A stretch of DNA of 64,000 nucleotides from Cyanophyceae cyanobacterium (GTDB lineage: Bacteria > Cyanobacteriota > Cyanobacteriia > Cyanobacteriales > JBHJGN01): assembly GCA_050331735.1 (NCBI GenBank), contig JBHJGN010000051.1, forward strand, positions 30,684 through 94,683, in the 5' to 3' direction. The notes below the pieces were generated by a model. The model did no database searches. It was not told the DNA's origin and saw only the letters and a list, made by a program, of their open reading frames with translations. Made by a program: the position numbers and the translations under genes. This document shows positions 60,851-64,000 of this stretch, in pieces. Every line of letters starts with the position of its first letter. The stretch's first letter is position 1.

Positions 60851-62056
60851 ATGCGTATTTTGTTTCTGCACCCGAATTTTCCGGCTCAGTTCCGTCATTT
60901 AGCCGTAGCTTTAGCCCGAGAACGTAGCCATCAAGTCGTTTTTGCCACCACTCGTCAAGAAGGAAGCCTGCCGGGAGTTCATAAGGTTCTCTATCAGCCT
61001 TCCCGAGACGCCCGTCCTGAAACCCATCACTACGTGCGGAACCTCGAAAATGCAGTGCTTCAGGGTCAGGCTGTTTATCGCCTGGTTCACCAGCTTAAGG
61101 CGAAGGGGTTTGTTCCCGATGTAGTTTACGGACACTCCGGCTGGGGTCCAACGTTATTTATTAAAGACGCTTTTCCCAAAGCCAAGCTGCTGTGCTACTT
61201 TGAGTGGTTCTATCGCGCCCACGGCTCTGATGCCGATTTTGACCCGGCTGAACCGCTGACGCCAGATGATGAAGCCCGGATTCGGACCAAAAATGCGCCC
61301 ATTTTGATCGATCTGTATAGCTGCGATCGCGGTTTATGTCCGACTCACTGGCAGCGTCAGCAGTTCCCCCCAGAGTACCGTCAGAAGATCGCTGTGATGC
61401 ACGACGGCATTGACGTTGGTTACTTTAAACCGGCACCGGGAGCTAGGTTGGTGCTGCCGAGAATCAATCTGGATCTGTCCCACGCTGAAGCCATCGTTAC
61501 CTACGTAGCGCGAGGCATGGAGCCGTATCGAGGGTTTCCCCAGCTAATTGAAACGGTGGCCCTGCTTCAGCAGCAGCACCCACATTGCCATACTGTCGTC
61601 GTCGGGCAGGATCGGGTCGCCTACGGCAAAAAGCTGCCGGAAGGACAAACCTACAAACAGCTCATGCTCGAACAAATTCCTCTCGACCGCTCGCGGATTC
61701 ATTTTACCGGGTTGCTGCCCTACGGCGAGTATCTTCAGGTGTTGCAGGCATCTTCAGTACACATCTACCTTACTCGTCCTTTTGTGCTGTCCTGGTCGAT
61801 GCTGGAGGCATTGGCAACTGGCTGTGTCATCGTCGCCTCTGACACGCCTCCAGTGACCGAAGTCATTACCGATGGAGTCAATGGCCTATTGGTTGACTTT
61901 TTCTCTTCCCAAAAGATTGCCGAACGCACCCTAGAAGTTCTCAATCATCCTGATCGAATGGTGGCCCTGCGCCGCAAAGCCCGGGAAACAGTGGTCAAAG
62001 GCTACGATTTAGCGAAGCTACTGCCGCAACAGTTACAGTGGCTGAAAAGACGATAA
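60851..62056 (+). CDS. Glycosyltransferase family 4
   Basis: HPNFPAQF, RGMEPYRGF, PFVLSWSMLEA. Confidence 0.92.
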   Translation: MRILFLHPNFPAQFRHLAVALARERSHQVVFATTRQEGSLPGVHKVLYQPSRDARPETHHYVRNLENAVLQGQAVYRLVHQLKAKGFVPDVVYGHSGWGPTLFIKDAFPKAKLLCYFEWFYRAHGSDADFDPAEPLTPDDEARIRTKNAPILIDLYSCDRGLCPTHWQRQQFPPEYRQKIAVMHDGIDVGYFKPAPGARLVLPRINLDLSHAEAIVTYVARGMEPYRGFPQLIETVALLQQQHPHCHTVVVGQDRVAYGKKLPEGQTYKQLMLEQIPLDRSRIHFTGLLPYGEYLQVLQASSVHIYLTRPFVLSWSMLEALATGCVIVASDTPPVTEVITDGVNGLLVDFFSSQKIAERTLEVLNHPDRMVALRRKARETVVKGYDLAKLLPQQLQWLKRR

Positions 62057-62179
62057 TCGGCTTTCTTTAGCCAATAAACATCGTCCGTTCGGGACATTTT
62101 TAGATAAGGTGGTAACGGGCGCTTAACTGCTTATGCGGAATGATGCAGCCCGTAACAATGAATTGAAGAGACGAAAACT

Positions 62180-63679
62180 ATGTGCGGCATTGCTGGTGTT
62201 TGGGGTCAGGCTGAGAAAACAGAAGTGCAAACAATGATGAATGCGCTAGTCCATCGCGGACCAGATGCCGATGGTATGTTTGTCTCCCCCACCGATAGAG
62301 GGATTCTCGGACATCGGCGGCTGAGCATCATGGACCCAGAGGGCGGAGATCAGCCGATTTACGGCGATGGACGAGGAAAAGCAATCATTGGTAATGGCGA
62401 AATCTATAATTTCCCCCAACTGCTGCCCCAGCTACAGGAGCGCTACAAATTTCGCACCAAAAGCGATACTGAGGCCATTCTTCACCTTTACGAAGATGGA
62501 GGCATCGCGGCGGTGGACCAACTCGACGGCATGTTTGCCTTTGCGATCGCCGACGGGAATCGGTTTTTTGCGGCCCGCGATCCGATTGGTATCAAACCCC
62601 TCTACTACAGCCAGCACAACGGGCGGTTTGTCTTTGCCTCCGAGCTGAAGGCGATCGCCGATCTCTGCGACGATGTGCAAGAATTCCCTCCTGGAACCTT
62701 TTTCTCCTCGGAAACGGGCTTTTCGACCTACTACACCGTACCGGATATTCAGCCAGAACTCGATCCAGATGTAGAGGCCCTCATTCAGGAAGTGCGGGAA
62801 ACAGTGGAAGCATCGGTCGTCAAACGTCTGATGAGTGACGTTCCTCTAGGGGCATTTCTTTCTGGCGGTTTAGACAGCAGCATCATTGCCGCTGTCGCCA
62901 AAAAGCACATGGCTGAGCTTCATACCTTTTCCATTGGCACCGAGGGCAGCAAAGATCTACAGGCGGCACGTTCTGTTTCGCGCCATATCGGTTCGATTCA
63001 CCACGAATACGTGATTACGCCCCAGGAAGTGACGGAAAAACTGCCAGAAATTGTTCATTCCTTAGAATCTTTCGATCAAGATTTAGTCCGCAGCGCGATT
63101 CCCTGCTACTTTACTTCCCGACTCGCCGCCGAACACGTCAAGGTGATTTTAACCGGGGAAGGCGCCGACGAGCTGTTTGCTGGCTACACCTACTATAAAG
63201 ATATTCCCGACGACGACACGCTGCACCGGGAGTTACGGCGCTCGGTAATGAGTCTGCACGACATCAACCTCCAGCGGGTAGATCGCTTAACAATGGCTCA
63301 TTCTCTAGAAGGACGAGTCCCGTTCCTAGATCTGAAAATGATCGAGTTAGGACAGCGCATTCCGGCGCATTTAAAAATAGCAGGCGAGCCGCTGATCGAA
63401 AAATGGATTTTGAGAAAAGCGTTCGAGGATCTGCTGCCGAAAGAGATTGTCTGGCGCATCAAAGAACAGTTTGATGAAGGCAGCGGCACGGTCGATCTAT
63501 TAACCCAGATGCTCGCAGAAGTCATGAGCGATGAGGAAGCCCAGCGGCATCAGCAAAACTCTCCTGTCCGGCTGCGATCGCCAGAGGAGTGCCATTACCA
63601 TCAGGTGTTTATGGACGTTTTCAACCGTCCAGAGTCTATCCTGCCAAACGTAGCGCGCTGGTCAGAGCGACCCGTATAA
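62180..63679 (+). CDS. asnB: Asparagine synthase (glutamine-hydrolysing) family
   Basis: MCGIAG, HRGPD, LSGGLDSS, GEGADELF. Confidence 0.92.
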   Translation: MCGIAGVWGQAEKTEVQTMMNALVHRGPDADGMFVSPTDRGILGHRRLSIMDPEGGDQPIYGDGRGKAIIGNGEIYNFPQLLPQLQERYKFRTKSDTEAILHLYEDGGIAAVDQLDGMFAFAIADGNRFFAARDPIGIKPLYYSQHNGRFVFASELKAIADLCDDVQEFPPGTFFSSETGFSTYYTVPDIQPELDPDVEALIQEVRETVEASVVKRLMSDVPLGAFLSGGLDSSIIAAVAKKHMAELHTFSIGTEGSKDLQAARSVSRHIGSIHHEYVITPQEVTEKLPEIVHSLESFDQDLVRSAIPCYFTSRLAAEHVKVILTGEGADELFAGYTYYKDIPDDDTLHRELRRSVMSLHDINLQRVDRLTMAHSLEGRVPFLDLKMIELGQRIPAHLKIAGEPLIEKWILRKAFEDLLPKEIVWRIKEQFDEGSGTVDLLTQMLAEVMSDEEAQRHQQNSPVRLRSPEECHYHQVFMDVFNRPESILPNVARWSERPV

Positions 63680-63691
63680 CCTGACTCTAGT

Positions 63692-63862
63692 CTACGCTGG
63701 TTTGTGAATTGCCACACCTACCATCACGAGTAAAATGCCAACCAGATCTTTGAGGGTAGGAATCTGACCAAGGACGATCGCACCAACGATTGTTGCCGTC
63801 GCAGGAAGCAGCGTTAGCAAGAGCGCAAAGCTGTTTCGAGGAAGTCGAGACATCGCTAGCTG
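63692..63862 (-). pseudogene. C-terminal fragment of an EamA (RhtA-like) transporter
   Basis: QLAMSRLPRNSFALLLTLLPATATIVGAIVLGQIPT...VAIHKPA; similarity ends at the IS end. Confidence 0.75.
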
Positions 63863-64000
63863 CTTGTGCCTAGAGTGACTATTCCTAGACTAAACTAGAC
63901 AAAGCTCTACAGAATGTCTAGAAAAGATGAGACCACATGAATTTGCCGAGCGTCTAGGAATCACCGTCAAAACGCTGCATCGTTGGGATGCTGCTGGCAA
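63863..64000 (+). mobile_element. tnpA: IS607-family element left end and tnpA start (truncated by window)
   Basis: ATG 63927 gives MRPHEFAERLGITVKTLHRWDAAG (MerR-like HTH of IS607 serine transposases); CTAGA repeats upstream. Confidence 0.8.

Noticed and set aside
1..64000. CRISPR array, rRNA, retron or DGR
   Set aside because: No regularly spaced repeat-spacer array, rRNA-like stretch or reverse transcriptase motif was seen.
1..64000. Frequent GCGATCGC palindromes as a novel repeat
   Set aside because: This is the well-known cyanobacterial HIP1 octamer.

Overview
Cyanobacterial chromosomal window (frequent HIP1 octamer GCGATCGC, heptamer tandem repeats, Uma2/GUN4/DUF2267 genes). Bases 1 to about 7360 are the right part of a compact integrated prophage-like element. 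It has a translationally coupled + strand module (unknown putative virion genes, a stand-alone FHA protein, an M15 endolysin flanked by membrane proteins) and a convergent - strand replication/regulation module. That module holds a DnaB-N/AAA_25 helicase and an in-frame HTH protein separated by one TAA, 11 GTGATC iteron-like motifs, an operator palindrome, a terminator-flanked RHH plus membrane-protein cassette, and paired TTACTACA repeats next to a tRNA-3'-like candidate attR. Directly after it is a two-gene candidate biosynthetic unit: a DarB/StlD-like ketosynthase fused to a heme-oxygenase-like diiron domain, plus an uncharacterised partner. A small accessory patch at 17.3-20.4 kb holds a lipoprotein/helical-protein pair, a SLATT-like ORF and a VOC-like ORF. 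The rest is mostly housekeeping or conserved genes (HtrA, 5-oxoprolinase, def, ychF, ubiX, sbcD, tRNA-Arg(TCT), RND pump, ada, aconitase, asnB). At the far right an IS607-type element interrupts an EamA gene. All calls come from motif recognition by eye; no database searches were run.
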